From: Cycas panzhihuaensis
Taxonomy: Eukaryota > Plantae > Cycadophyta
Length of the DNA: 64,000 nt
NCBI GenBank assembly: GCA_023213395.1
Contig: CM041465.1
Location: forward strand, 149,241,741 to 149,305,740
Direction: 5' to 3'
In this document: positions 40,793 to 53,300 of the stretch, piece after piece
Position numbering within the stretch: position 1 is the stretch's first letter
Layout: every line of letters starts with the position of its first letter
Notes under the pieces: model-generated
Databases searched by the model: none
Told to the model about the DNA's origin: nothing
The model's input: only the letters and a program-made list of their open reading frames with translations
Made by a program: the position numbers and the translations under genes

Positions 40793-43059
40793 TTATGGAG
40801 CATCATCTCCTGGCTATTCTCTCTTCTTTTGTAGAGTCCATATGCCTCCATAGCCCCTCCCTAGTCCCTAAGGTACTCCTATCTCACTCCTCTCATCCTA
40901 TAGATGACTTGTATCTCTTGATTATCATTGTGGAGTCACTGTGTGGGTCCTCAATAACCTTACACCCATCTACTCTACTAGTTAATTGTATCTCTACTAT
41001 AGGCGGTCCCTCTCCCCCTAGATCTCTTAAAGTTACCCCTAGAGTAAGGTGATCTGCACCTTTGTGCTTGGAGCTGCCTGTATAGGACTTGGCCCTACTA
41101 TTAGATCCCCCCCTCCATCTTGAGCTTCCATCTCTCTCACTCATGTCTATAGTTGCTCCTGAACGATTAGGGCCCTATGCCACTCTAACTGGAACCCCTA
41201 GACCTCTGTAGCCTACATCTCTCTCATCTTGAGGAATGGGGCAAATTCTACTATATTTGGGAATGCTGACTCAAGCTTCCCATGGTCCTCTATAAGTGGT
41301 TAGCCCTCTATATACACCATTGGGAATGCCTAAACCACAATTCTCCTAACGAACTCCTCCATGAGGCCTTCTCTTATCTATTAAGTAAGGTTCATATGTC
41401 AGTAAGAAGTCTACCATATAATCAAAATAGTGTTGAAATGGACTAAAGTGAGAGTAAAACAAAGGGAAAGGGTAGTACCTCTTAGGGTAGCCTCCTTCCA
41501 TGGTGGTACATCCTCCTTGCCACCTCCTCTCCAAAGATAACCCCCTCTATGGTAGCCTTGCCCTCCTCCTCACCTGCTTTGGCAGCCTCATCAACCTCTT
41601 TAGCCTCGTCATTGGCCTTTTCTACCGGCCCTACTACAACTCCTTCACCCTCCTCATCATTATCCCAATGAGTTCTCTCATAGGGGTGCCTCACATAGTC
41701 ATCAAGGGTCAATAGGTCTAAGGAGGTATCATCTACAGATTGCCTTCACATACTCTAGTTCCTTGATACTCCTAAAGTGAGAGGGCCACCTATGAATGGG
41801 AAGCCAATTAGGTGCCACTAGCTGTGGCCTCACCATAGGCTCCACTTTGTGGAAATGGTTGAAGAAGCAACACTATAGTACTAAGCAGTACAAAAATCTA
41901 CCACGTCTCATTGTCTAGATCTGATCAAGTTAGGCCCTCATGTTAGCCATGATGAGAGCAGCCTTATCTAGATTATCCCCGTCCTCACAATGGTAGATAG
42001 CCCTTATCCATCCTCCTAGCACCTTATAATAATTATATCATTGGGATATTCAAAACAAAATAGTGAGTGTGATCATCTTCCTCACCTAAGAGATATGTGA
42101 TACCAGAATCCTCTTAATAGCTTCCCCTCCATGGCCCCACTTTCCTCTGCCATAAAAGAAATGTGTGGTAGCCTTTTGCACCTCCTTCATACTAGGTAGA
42201 CCTCCTATCTTAAGTAGTGCTCCCCATATAGGTACTCCTAGGATCCTCCTGATGTTATTAGGCATGATGGAGAGATCCCTAATCATGGGCAAGTGGAAGA
42301 CTTGCCTCTGTCTATCCCAATGTGAGATTATGTCCATAAGTAAAGCTTGGTCTAATACATACTATTGTGATGTCACTATCCATAATAGCCTACATATCCT
42401 CATTATCTCTTGATCTCAAGGGTTCATTATCTCTATTAACCCAAGAATATGCACTTATGTTTTTATGATTATCTATTGTGATCATAACCTAAAATCAATA
42501 ACCATTCAAAGAATTAGTAACCAACATATAAATAGAAAATATTTTTAAGTAAAAACCAATAAATTACCTATTTTCATATGAAATAAACCTAAGTTTTGAT
42601 CCCCTATTTTTGTACTACATGAAAAGCTACTTTGTACCTAAAATATATTTGCAATACTATAGACTATCATGTAGTACCCTACAATATTATTTATGGTACC
42701 ATAGTAGTATTTATGGTACCATAGATAAAACTATAGTACCATGAAAACCTACATAAAATACCTAAAAAGATCATAAAAATTCCCTTTTTGGACAAGAGGC
42801 TTGGTCTATTAGGACCAGGCCACCCAAATGCCCTAGTCTAACCTCTAACAAGATCCCAAAAGGGTCATGTTTGGCCTTTATTCTTTAGAGTGGGCACCAC
42901 CCATCCATCTAGTCCTATGCTTGCAAAAACATGAAATTAGAGCAGTGTAGGGTGAGATCCCCTTACTGAGTTAGCATACACTAAGGCCATTACATCAATG
43001 TAGTCTTAATGGATCCATCTACATGGTGATCTAATAGTCTGATCTCCCTTAACAAGCAT
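40793..43059 (-). pseudogene. E6 antisense extra ORF: Plant Mobile Domain (aminotransferase-like, MAIN/MAIL1-related), probably with an intron
   Basis: LDQALLMDIISHWDRQRQVFHLP...ILGVPIWG matches the PMD core D.ALI.ALVERW..ET.TFHLP...ILGLPI.G; later YCLVL.CCFFNHF and an acidic/Gly-Arg tail; 5' exon/intron (GTAAG at 42966, AG at ~42433) is tentative. Confidence 0.8.
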
Positions 43060-43972
43060 GCGAACCTAGAGGAAAATATATAGGGATAGAGGTAAATCTT
43101 TAGGTTTCTATAGGTGAGAGTGAAAATGAATTCATTTTTCTTTTACTAACCCATTTATATAACATCCCCCTTAGCAATCTCCTCCAAGGATTATGCGCCT
43201 TGCCTCTTTTGATCACACCATTGGGTTGGAGGTCTTGGCACTATTTCAGTTTCCTTAAGGGCCTTGCCTCTTTCTTGCCTCTAGGCCCTCATTTTTTGCT
43301 TTTGTTATGCAATATTTATGCTCCTCCTCCTCTCTTCTAGTGAGTCTTTTTACCCCCAGAGTCCCTATCCAGATCTCCATTGGTGTTTATACTTGTTAAG
43401 ATCCTTTCAATCCCCTATTTTTAAATTTATACTTTTATTAACTATTTTTCTATTGGTTTACATTTTAGCCTCCTCCTTCACCTGTGAACCTTGGTCATTG
43501 ATGAGGCTAAACTATGGAAACCGTAATTCTTATAATTTATTGATGTTTTTTTCCTCCTTGGGTATTCCTTAGACATCCCTCTCATCTATTCGAGGAGCCT
43601 TTGGGGCTTTCGAGCCCCATTTTTAGGCCATCTTGCCCCTTTTTATGGCTTTCCACTAAGGCAATCCCTTGGTTGTTCACCCCCCATTTTTCAACTTACC
43701 ACCAAGGAAACCCCTTGGTCAGTTGCTCCCTTATTTATTTGCTTTGGGTGTACAATTATTGGCCAAGATTTTGATGCTACCATTGACCTATTTTCCTTCC
43801 TCTTAGCTTGTACACCTCTGACTATCTGCTAATGAGGTATCATTATAATAGACATTACCCCTCTTCACACATGTACATTTGTCTGTTTATATTTTTCATT
43901 ATATCATTTGTGTTAGTAGCATTTGACATCTTTTAGCTTTGGAGGAAATAGGTTCTACTACCAAGGGGGTAG

Positions 43973-46440
43973 TGTTTCTTGGTTTTTTAGAATGGCATCA
44001 ACATGATGACATAGGTAAGTGCAGATATGCATCTTCATCTGTATTACCCATCACATTTATTATGTCATTCTGATTTGTATGATGCATTGGTTAATTTATG
44101 GGCATGTGTTACTTATATGTTTTACTTGCTTGTGTCCCATCCTATGTCGATGATGACTAGGACTCTGGTCCAATAGCCTTAGAGCCCCCCATGTTAGGTT
44201 ATCAGTTGGAAAATGAACCTCTCTACATCCCTACAGCTCTCTTTTTAGGCCCATTCTTATTTATTTGGTCCCATTTCTCCCCCATAGCTACTAGACACCC
44301 CCTATTTCAAGTTTTGGGACTAGTTTTGGGATTTAGAGTGGCCTTAGGATAGGTTTTGGGCTCCCTTTTTATAGACAGTTGCTGCAACACCACCATTTTT
44401 GGTGTAAAAAGTGGTAATGTAAAGTAATTCACAATAGTATAGATACATCTATAGTACCATAGATTTGTCTACCGTATAACTATTGTAACTCTTGGCTACA
44501 TCTCCATTGACTAATCGACTCTTTTTATCACCTTGTTTGGTGGGCCTGGGGTACTACATCAGTCCAGGTTAGCTCATTGCATCCTAAGGAAGCTTATTAG
44601 ATTTCCAACGTCATTTTTTATTCAATTTTTCTTAAGAATTAAATCTCCCTCCTTAGCTCTATCCATGGTTTTGGGTAGTGGTTTCTCCACCTTATGGGCA
44701 TGAAACCACCATCCCCTCTCCTTGTTTTCTCCTATAAAACCCCTCCAATTTGAAGGTAGGATATCACACATCTTCCATTATTCTTACAATATTGAAATGT
44801 TGCTGAAATTCTACCACAACAACCCTTTTACTCTTAATACAACTTGCATGGTTTGGAGTTGAGGTGAAGAAGTTAGAAATCAACCCTAGTGTAAGTAAGG
44901 GAGTATTGGAGAGCTTCACATTGGGCGACATTGCTTCTTATCTCTCCATTAGATTGGGCATCTCCCATCCTACCTTGGTTTTCCATTTTGTGAGACTCCC
45001 TCTCACCCCTTTTTCTCTATGCTTTATTGTTATTATGTTGTATAGGTAGGGTTATATGATTTTTGGCAATTTCCTTTCATTATCATAGTAGAAAATAGGG
45101 TTGGATTTGCTTGATCTCTCCTTCTCTTTTGTCTAAACCACCTATTGAGTTGAAAGTTTCTGTTGTAGAGGTTTTACATAGTACAACTAAAGAAATCACT
45201 CATGTAGAGGAGTTCACACCATTTTGAGGCATCTCTCCCCTCCTTGCTTCATATTTATTTTTGTTGCCATTCTACTATTTGTTACATATACATGCATACA
45301 TGCTTCATAACTATATATTGGTCAATTTTTTCATGCAATTAGATTTTTTAAAAGATTGTTAGGATAGCCTTTTCTCGAGATCTAATTTGTAAGTATGAAA
45401 TAGATCAACCCTCTACCATTCATATTAGGGTTTGAAGAAGGTGCACCTCAACAAGATAAGCACCTTCCATTTCTTGCACTTATTATTTCATTATTATTTT
45501 ACTTTTGTCTTTCATGCTTTCTGTTTGTTGTCTCTTCTATTTAGGGAAAGTAAGTGGAGCCCCCTTGTTTTGCTTTAACCAACAACATAAGCATTGGAAA
45601 GAAGGACGAAGAAGGTGAGGAGGAGCATCATCAACCATCAATTAAGTCTGGTTATACCTTTTTCCTTTTCTCTTTTATTATTTCATATTCTTGTTATGAT
45701 TCTCACTATACTTCCTATTATAAGAATTCCTCCCACTTATTGTTCATTCCTTTTTAGTTGCATCATCATTAACGAGGGAAGATAAGGGATAGGAAAGGGT
45801 TTCTTGCATAGTGAAAAATAAAGAGATTAATTTGTAAAAAAGGAAATAAGTTTTCTTTCCTTTTTATTTTAGCAAAATAAAATACTAAAAGCAAGGGTGT
45901 TTTGGGCTAGGATTTCATATAGGGAAGGTTCCTTCACCTTTCCCCCTCTTGTTCCCCCCATGTATGCATCTTTTTTCTTTCTCTCAATTAATATGAATGT
46001 TTCTCTTTAAAAAGGAAAGAAGAGAGTATTAAAGGGAAAGAGAGTGAGGTTTCTTTACTTGTTTTGTACCTCTCTTTTTTGTTTCCTTTTTGTTATTATT
46101 CTAAATAACAACAAAAACATAATTGTACCTCTCTTGCCCTACCAAGTGGGCTTATGCCTATTTATCCCTTCATCCTCTCTCTCTCTTTCTTCCATTTTTT
46201 CTATTTACCACGTTGGCCCCTTATCAAGGGAGTTTGCCCAATCATGGCCGCTTCCTCGAAAACTCTAAGCAAAAGGAAAGGGATTGCACCTGTGTATTCT
46301 CGAATCCATACCCATGAGGTGCATGACCACCCTACGTGGGCCACCCATGACTCTTTTATACCCCATAATAGGTCCCACATCCTAGACCTAACTCTCCATG
46401 GCATTTGGTGTCTTAGGTACCCTCAGGAGGAGTGATCTCA
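43973..46440 (+). repeat. E6 3' LTR
   Basis: TGTTTC...ATCTCA; colinear with the 5' LTR. Confidence 0.94.
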
Positions 46441-46445
46441 CTCCA

Positions 46446-47000
46446 TAATAAAATGGAGTTATTGAAAAAAAGAATAGAACAATTATGGGAGTGGCTAGAA
46501 GTATCCTTAAAGATAAACACCTTGGACATAAATTTTGGCCAAAAGCTTTACATATAGTAGTTTACTTATTGAATAGGTATATCACCAAGGCTGTTAGGTG
46601 GATCATACTAGAGGAAGATTGATTATGTTATAAGCTAAGCATATAACACTTAAAGAATTTTGGATCCTTAACATATTCCCATATTCCAAAATAAAGGAGA
46701 ATGAAGTTAGATGATAAAATCACTAAGTATATCTTTATACAATGTTATGATACTTCTAGATCCTATAAAGTATATGACCTAAAGGATAAGAAGATAATTT
46801 TAAGTAGGGATTTCATTTTTAAGGAAGGTGAATGCTATCAATAAGAAGTTAAAAAGGATAAAGGAAAGAAGATCATGGTGGAAGTAGATTCAAATCCTAA
46901 GTCCACAAATATACCATATCCAAATGAAGCAAGACCCTTTACATTCAATTAAAGGGTTCCTAAATGGGTTCAAAGGGGATATAACCCTTCGAATATTTTA
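46446..47000 (+). pseudogene. E5 integrase C-terminal part (resumes after E6)
   Basis: NGVIEKKNRTIMGVARSIL, FW, YLLNR, HLKNFGS, KLDDK, YKVYD, SRDF.FKE. Confidence 0.9.
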
Positions 47001-48763
47001 GATACTATTTCTTGGCTACTAGGAATGAGTATGGACGGGTCCACTCAGGTAAGTGCAGGTACGCTTCTATCCCTTACCTCCATCAGTTTTACTAGAGGTG
47101 GATTGAAGCATTTCATTTACATTACATGATTGTTTGGTTTATTGAATGATCATTATGCATCCACTACATGATCATGTTGCATTTACACCACTTTACCTTA
47201 TGACGATCTAAGGATATGTATCCCATGGCACTCCACAACCCTCCTAAATGTCTTTGCGTTATCCCAAGTACTGGTTGGCCCCTTGTGGTCCTATCACATC
47301 TCCATTAACACACCTCAACCTCTAGCACCTTACCTAGGCATAGTCGGTATCTCTTCATGGGTTTATTAGTTTTTTGGGAGCTTTTCATCTTGGGTATTTT
47401 ACCTAGCATAGGTCTCTTTGGTTCCGTGGCTATCTCTTGCCACTTGGATAGAGTGTCATGCCCCTTAGGCCTAAAGCATCCCTATTTTCCTGAGCTTCCA
47501 AACTTCCTTTTGTTATTTTTTTTACCGCATGGCGATAAAGATCATGATGCCATTGCAAACTTCGTAGTACGACGAAGTTTACTGTGGGGTGACTATTATA
47601 TTTTATTTTTAAAAAATCTTCCATGGATAATTTTACATTTTTTATGAAATTGCCATATGGCAGAGATGTATTCCCAGTTGAACCCTAATCGCTTGATCGA
47701 GCTAGGGTTAGGTTTAGAAACCCAAAAATACCCTCATTTCTTCCTCTTCCACTCTAAAAAAACTCTCTCTCACTCACTCTTCATACCTTCCTATAGAAAT
47801 GCCATGCAAACTTCTAACACATCAACTTTCTAGCCTGAGATCAACCCTTAACAGCTCCAGATCCACAACAGCAAGCCTGTAACAAGGCTATCTTAGGGAA
47901 GGATGTACTCAAGTTTACCATCAAGCATAGATATCTCTTCTTAGTCTAGCTTTTGCCTTTAGACCCTAACTACTTTAGGGTTTCACCTATAAACCCTACA
48001 GAGCAACCCCTCCTCTCTCCTTCTTAGGTAGATCTGCCCCTGATCTACCTATAGTAGATACTCTTCCTCTCCTATTTGGTTTTACTCCTTTCAAATATTG
48101 AAAAGTTATTTGTATGTCCTACACAACACTTGTTTCCTCTAGTTCTCCTTGTTGCACATGGGAGGCAAACCCTCATTTTTCTTGCCTTCTCATCATTTCC
48201 TTCTAACCCTTCCCTAGTTCTTCTAAGGAGGTAGTGAGGAAGAGGTCACAAAAGAGAGTGAAAGGAGCAAAGGTAGGTTCTATACCCAGTGAGCCTTCTC
48301 CTCAAAGGCAGCCTCCTTCTCTCCCTTCCTCTTCCTCCTCACCGTTAGTAGCAGCACATGTAACCTATTGTTGTGCTTATTTTTAGCTTTGTAGGCCTTA
48401 CATGACCAAGAATCACAACCCCGAACCAAACTCTGCCTATCATTTGGTGTTAGGTTAGTTTGAAGTTGCAAAAGTTGCACTTTGTAACTTTTTGCAATAT
48501 TGACAACACATACAACTTTACAACAACCTATCATTCACATCTTTAGCTTTTGATATATTAGCCTAACTTTCTATCTTAGTGCTTGGGTATAATAGAGTGT
48601 CGTAGACTTAGAGGGTTAGCCATTTTGAGGCTAACCACCCCCTTTCCTCCTCCTTTTTCCTTTTTATATTTCTTGCAAATCTAACATGAAAAGGAAATTA
48701 TAAGTTGATTTTGATGTAAATATTTCTTTAATTTAGATAGATTGCATTGTACTATTCTATACG

Positions 48764-48764
<1 letters not shown>

Positions 48765-48800
<36 letters not shown>
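48765..48800. repeat. (TA)18 microsatellite in the E7 LTR
   Basis: Directly visible. Confidence 0.95.
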
Positions 48801-48803
<3 letters not shown>

Positions 48804-49271
48804 CACTCTGGAAACCTCATGGAAGGACATACATTACTTGGTTACAAGTTCCCTTCTCGCTGCATGTGGAGGAGGAAGGTATTTTAACCCAAGTGCATTC
48901 TTGCCCTTTCTTCTTGATATTTCTTTTGAGTCCTTTCATTACAACTCTTTCCTTTTTTCCTTTTAATTTGGGGAAGGTAAGGAAACCCCTACCCTCATTC
49001 ACTGACACTACTACTTGTGCCATTTGTGGTTGGAAATAGCACAAGGAAGGCAAAACCACAAGGGGTAGTGCTCCTTCAACTACCTAGTTTCCAAGTGCAC
49101 TCCTTGCTCCCCTTTAGTCTTTTTCCTCTTGCTTTATTTCCTTTAACCCCATGTATCATACCTAAAGGAAAAGAAAAAGAAAAAGAGAATTTACATATAT
49201 CATCTGAATCTAGTTAATTTTCTTGCCTACTCAATAAAAGTACATCAAATAGGGACCATATCCATTGCATG

Positions 49272-50322
49272 TGATTCAGGAGGATCTACCATATGTTTAC
49301 AAGATGCAAAAAATGCTAGGCATTGGCATAGCTGAAAGAGATATGGTAAAATGGCATCAAAATTATATGAAATTTTGTGTTATGGTAGAATACACATCCC
49401 ACTAGATGTGTACAAAAGATGGGGTTCATAAAGTATCATTTGGTTAGAGTTCAAGCCTTGTTTTTTATAAAATTAATCCCACAACTAATAGAAAAAATAG
49501 CAAATACATATTATTATTAAATTCATAAACATATGGCCAAATGACATCTAAATGAGCTAAAATTTTTAAGAAGTAGAGGAGACATGCATTACTATATGGG
49601 TACCAATTTTTAGCTAAATTGGAGTCTGTTAAGGTCAGTTACAAGCCACAATGTTTAAGAATTACATGAGGGCTACTTGGACAACAGAAAAACAACAAAT
49701 ACATATTATAATTAAGTGAATAAAAAGGTAGCCAAATGACATCCAAATGAGCTAAAATTTTGAGGCAATGGAGGGGACATGTTTTTCGATATGTGTACCA
49801 AATTTGAGACAAATTAGAGTCATTTACGATTAGTTACAAGCTACAACTTTTTACAAATTACATGAAGGGCACTTGGACAACATGCATTCTGGTGGTTAGT
49901 GGTTATACTTGCATGATTGCCACTTGTTAAACATGCAATTTTGGTTTCTTTCTATAAATTGAGCCCTATTATGGGTTGGAGTGGTGGTTCTTGGGGACTT
50001 GACTTGGGAAGCATCCTTGGAGAAGCATTTTGGAGGGTTGGAGTCCCCCTTATGGTATAATTGTATCATTTATTCCTTGTAATTTTACCATTCTTTTGCT
50101 AGTTGATTTCTCTACCATTAAATGGAGATTTTCATAGTTTAATAAAAGTACTACTCCTCATACTTTTAGATCAATGTCAAGAATAAATTATTTAGTGTAG
50201 AATTTCCTTTCGTGGGCCCATTGTTGTTTTGATGTTATTGAGATTTCTATACTAACTCTCGGGATCTTAAGGAGAAAAGGTTGATAATTGACTTCTTCAT
50301 CAACTAAGCTCTTTTGGGATCA
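49272..50322 (+). repeat. E8 5' LTR with an internal ~196-bp tandem duplication (~49490-49881)
   Basis: Aligns with 54961-56012; two units each ending CTTGGACAAC. Confidence 0.95.
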
Positions 50323-50365
50323 TATTTTGGTATCAGAGCCTGTGATCTTTGTTGTAGGGACTTGA

Positions 50366-53300
50366 ATGATACAAACAAGGAAAGGATACAAAGAGAAAGG
50401 TGAAGACTTTCTTGTGTTGCAATCACCAAGAAGATAAAGAAAGAATCCAAGCACCATGGTTGAAAAAGAAGATGGAGAAATTAGATTTGAAAAGCTTGAG
50501 AAGAACGTAGAAGCCTTGATGCAAATGATGACCCAACTTCTACCTCTAGTCAAGGGAAAAGGCAAAGAGAAGGAAGTTGAAGGAGGATCCACATATGACC
50601 ATAACCATGAAGAGGAAGAGGAGGAGACCTTAAAGCACTCTTTTGAAGAAAGCAAGGGTACTTCATCTCATCAACCCTTGAAGGTGGAGGCAAAGTTGGA
50701 TATTCCAACTTATGATAGAGAGGTAAATGCTGAAAAGTTGGACCATTGGTTGGATCAAATTGAAACCTACTTCATAATTTATGCTTATATTAATACTCAA
50801 AAGATTTCATTTGCTAGGCTTAAGTTATGTAAACATGCATTGACATGGTGGAATGCATATTTGAAGACTCATGATGTATCTTCTTTTTCATGGATGGATT
50901 TTAAGAAAATAATAAAGAAGCAATACTACCCCATAGGTCATGAGGAAGACCAATGGGTCACTTGGCAATATTTATGCCAAGGGAGAGGTGTAAGTATCCA
51001 AGACTATACTTCTTTATTTTTTAGGCATGGCATGCTACTTGGTATTAATATGGATGAATATGTCACTCTTATGAAATTCATTGGAGGATTACATAAATAC
51101 ATAAGGAACGAACTAAGGCTTTTTAAGGTTCAATCCATTAGAGAAGCAAGTAGAATGACTATGGCAATAGAAAGTAAAAGCAAGAAATCTACATTCATGT
51201 TTAAAGATTCTACTTTTACTTCTAATAAGTATGAAAAGAATCATAAATTGCACCCATCTAAAAGGCAAGAAGAAAATAAGAAAAGAACTAATTTTGTTAA
51301 AAGTTCTAACTATTGTGAGTATTGTGATATTAATGGTCATATTACAACAAAGTGTTGGAAGTTGCATCCAGAGCTAAAGCCAAAGCATATCAAGGATATG
51401 GAATTAAGAAAGAAGGAAAAAGGGAAAGCATTACTTTCTGAGGTGGAGATTCAAAGTGAAGGAGAAGAAGAGAAGGTTACTCTACTTACAAATTATGAAG
51501 ATGATGCTACAAGGGAGGAACTATTTCACTTGAAGCTTCAAGTAGGAAATAGTATTAATGGTACCATTATAGATCTGGGGAGCCAAAAGAATTTGATCTC
51601 AGAAAGTATGGTAAAGAGCATTGGGTTGGTAACCACTCCTCACCCTCATCCATATCCTCTTGGTTGGATCCATAAAGATGTGGAAATGAAAATATCAAAG
51701 CAATGTACACTTAAATTTTCCATCACTAATGATTTTGTTGATGAAGTAATATGTGATGTGGTGCCATTAGATGTATGCCATGTTGTGCTTTGGAGTCCCT
51801 ACTTATGGGATTGAGATGCACTCTTATATCGAAGGGAGAGAAAGTATCGGTTGATGAAGGATAACAAGGGTTTCATCATAAAGGCCACAAAAAAACACTT
51901 GGATAAGATAGCATTAATTTTAGCTACTCAAGCAAAAAGGATGATCAATGCATATGGTAAATTCGTCATCTTAATGGTAAGTAGAAAAGAAGAGCCAAGA
52001 GATGAAGAAGGTCCTTCTACTCACACTCTTCTTATATCACCTAAACAAATGCAATAAATTGAGGAGTTAAAGACAAGGTATGATATTCTATTTCAACATG
52101 TTGATGGGCTACCACTAAAGAGAAAGATAGAGCATGGAATCACTCTTATAGGAGATGCACCATTGTCTAATGTTACTTTGTATAGGCACTCCATTGTAGA
52201 GAATAATGAGATAAAGAGGCAAGTTGAGGAGTTTCTTGATCAAGGGGTCATAAGATCTTCATGTTCACCTTGTGGGTCACCAATTATCTTGGTGCCTAAG
52301 AAGGATGGAGGATGGAGACTGTGTATAGACTTTCGTGTTTTGAATAAAATTATAATTAAAAATCGCTACCCTTTGCCTCACATAGATGATTTGCTTGATC
52401 AAATTTAGCATGCTTGTTATTTTACTAAATTGGATTTGAAAAGTGGTTATCACGAAGTTAGGGTCAAGGAGGAGGACACATGGAAGATGGCCTTCAAAAC
52501 AAAGCAAGGACTCTTTGAATGGATGGTTATGCCTTTCAAATTGTGTAATGCTCCTGCAACATTCATGAGGCTAATGAATGAAATGTTAAGGCCTTACTTG
52601 GATAATTTTGTTATTGTCTATCTTGATGACATTTTGATTTTTAGCAACACATGGGAGGAACATTTACAGCACATAGAAGAAGTTTTAAAGACTATGGCTA
52701 AGCATCATTTGAAGCTTAATGTGAAGAAGTGTGAATTTGGTAAGGAGAACTTGATCTTCTTAGGCTTTGTGGTTGGAGGAGGAAACTTGAGCATCGATCC
52801 ACTCAAGACTCAAGCCATCCTTAAATGGCCTTGGCCAACAAACATCACAGAGGTGAGAAGTTTTTTAGGAGCTTGTCAATACTTGAGGAAGTTTGTTCTT
52901 CATTTCTCACAGGTTGCAGCACCTCTACATGGATTGACAAAATCTAGTAAAAAGTTTACTTGAGGTTCAAGGAGGAAGAAGCTTTTCTTCTTTTAAAGAA
53001 GAAAATTTATGAAGCACCAGTTTTGGCAATACCAAATTTGCAAAGGCCTTTTGAAGTAGAAGCTGATGCAAGTGGAAATGTGATGGGAGCTATCCTTATT
53101 CAAGATGGGAAGCCTATTGCTTACCATTCAAAAGTCTTCATCCCTCAAGTGAAGAACTACCTAACATATGATCGAAAAATGTTCACACTTCATCAAGCAT
53201 GCAAGCATAGGAGGTCATACTTACTCAGAAAAGAGGTTGTAGTTCATACTAATCATAAGCCTCTTCAATTTTTACAAACTTAAAGTAAATTATAGCAAGC

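Larger units (their letters stand above)
33280..46440 (+). mobile_element. E6: non-autonomous Ty3/Gypsy Tat-clade element (13.2 kb, ~2.45-kb LTRs)
   Basis: LTRs 33280-35714 and 43973-46440, perfect TSD CTCCA, tRNA-Arg-like PBS, PPT AAGGGGGTAG 43963-43972, aRH domain. Confidence 0.93.
30877..47005 (+). mobile_element. E5: Ty1/Copia element split by E6 and E7; its remainder is presumably beyond the window
   Basis: Putative 5' LTR 30877-31221 (TATTAGAATT...TCACA, same termini as the E3 LTR read on its own strand); integrase reads across the E6 insertion (YTP|..NGVIEKKNRTIM). Confidence 0.75.

Noticed and set aside
50320-50655. Antisense ORFs over E5/E8/E10 gag-pol (e.g. 31963-32208, 51113-51367, 52277-52507)
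   Set aside because: They are shadow frames of real retroelement coding sequence.
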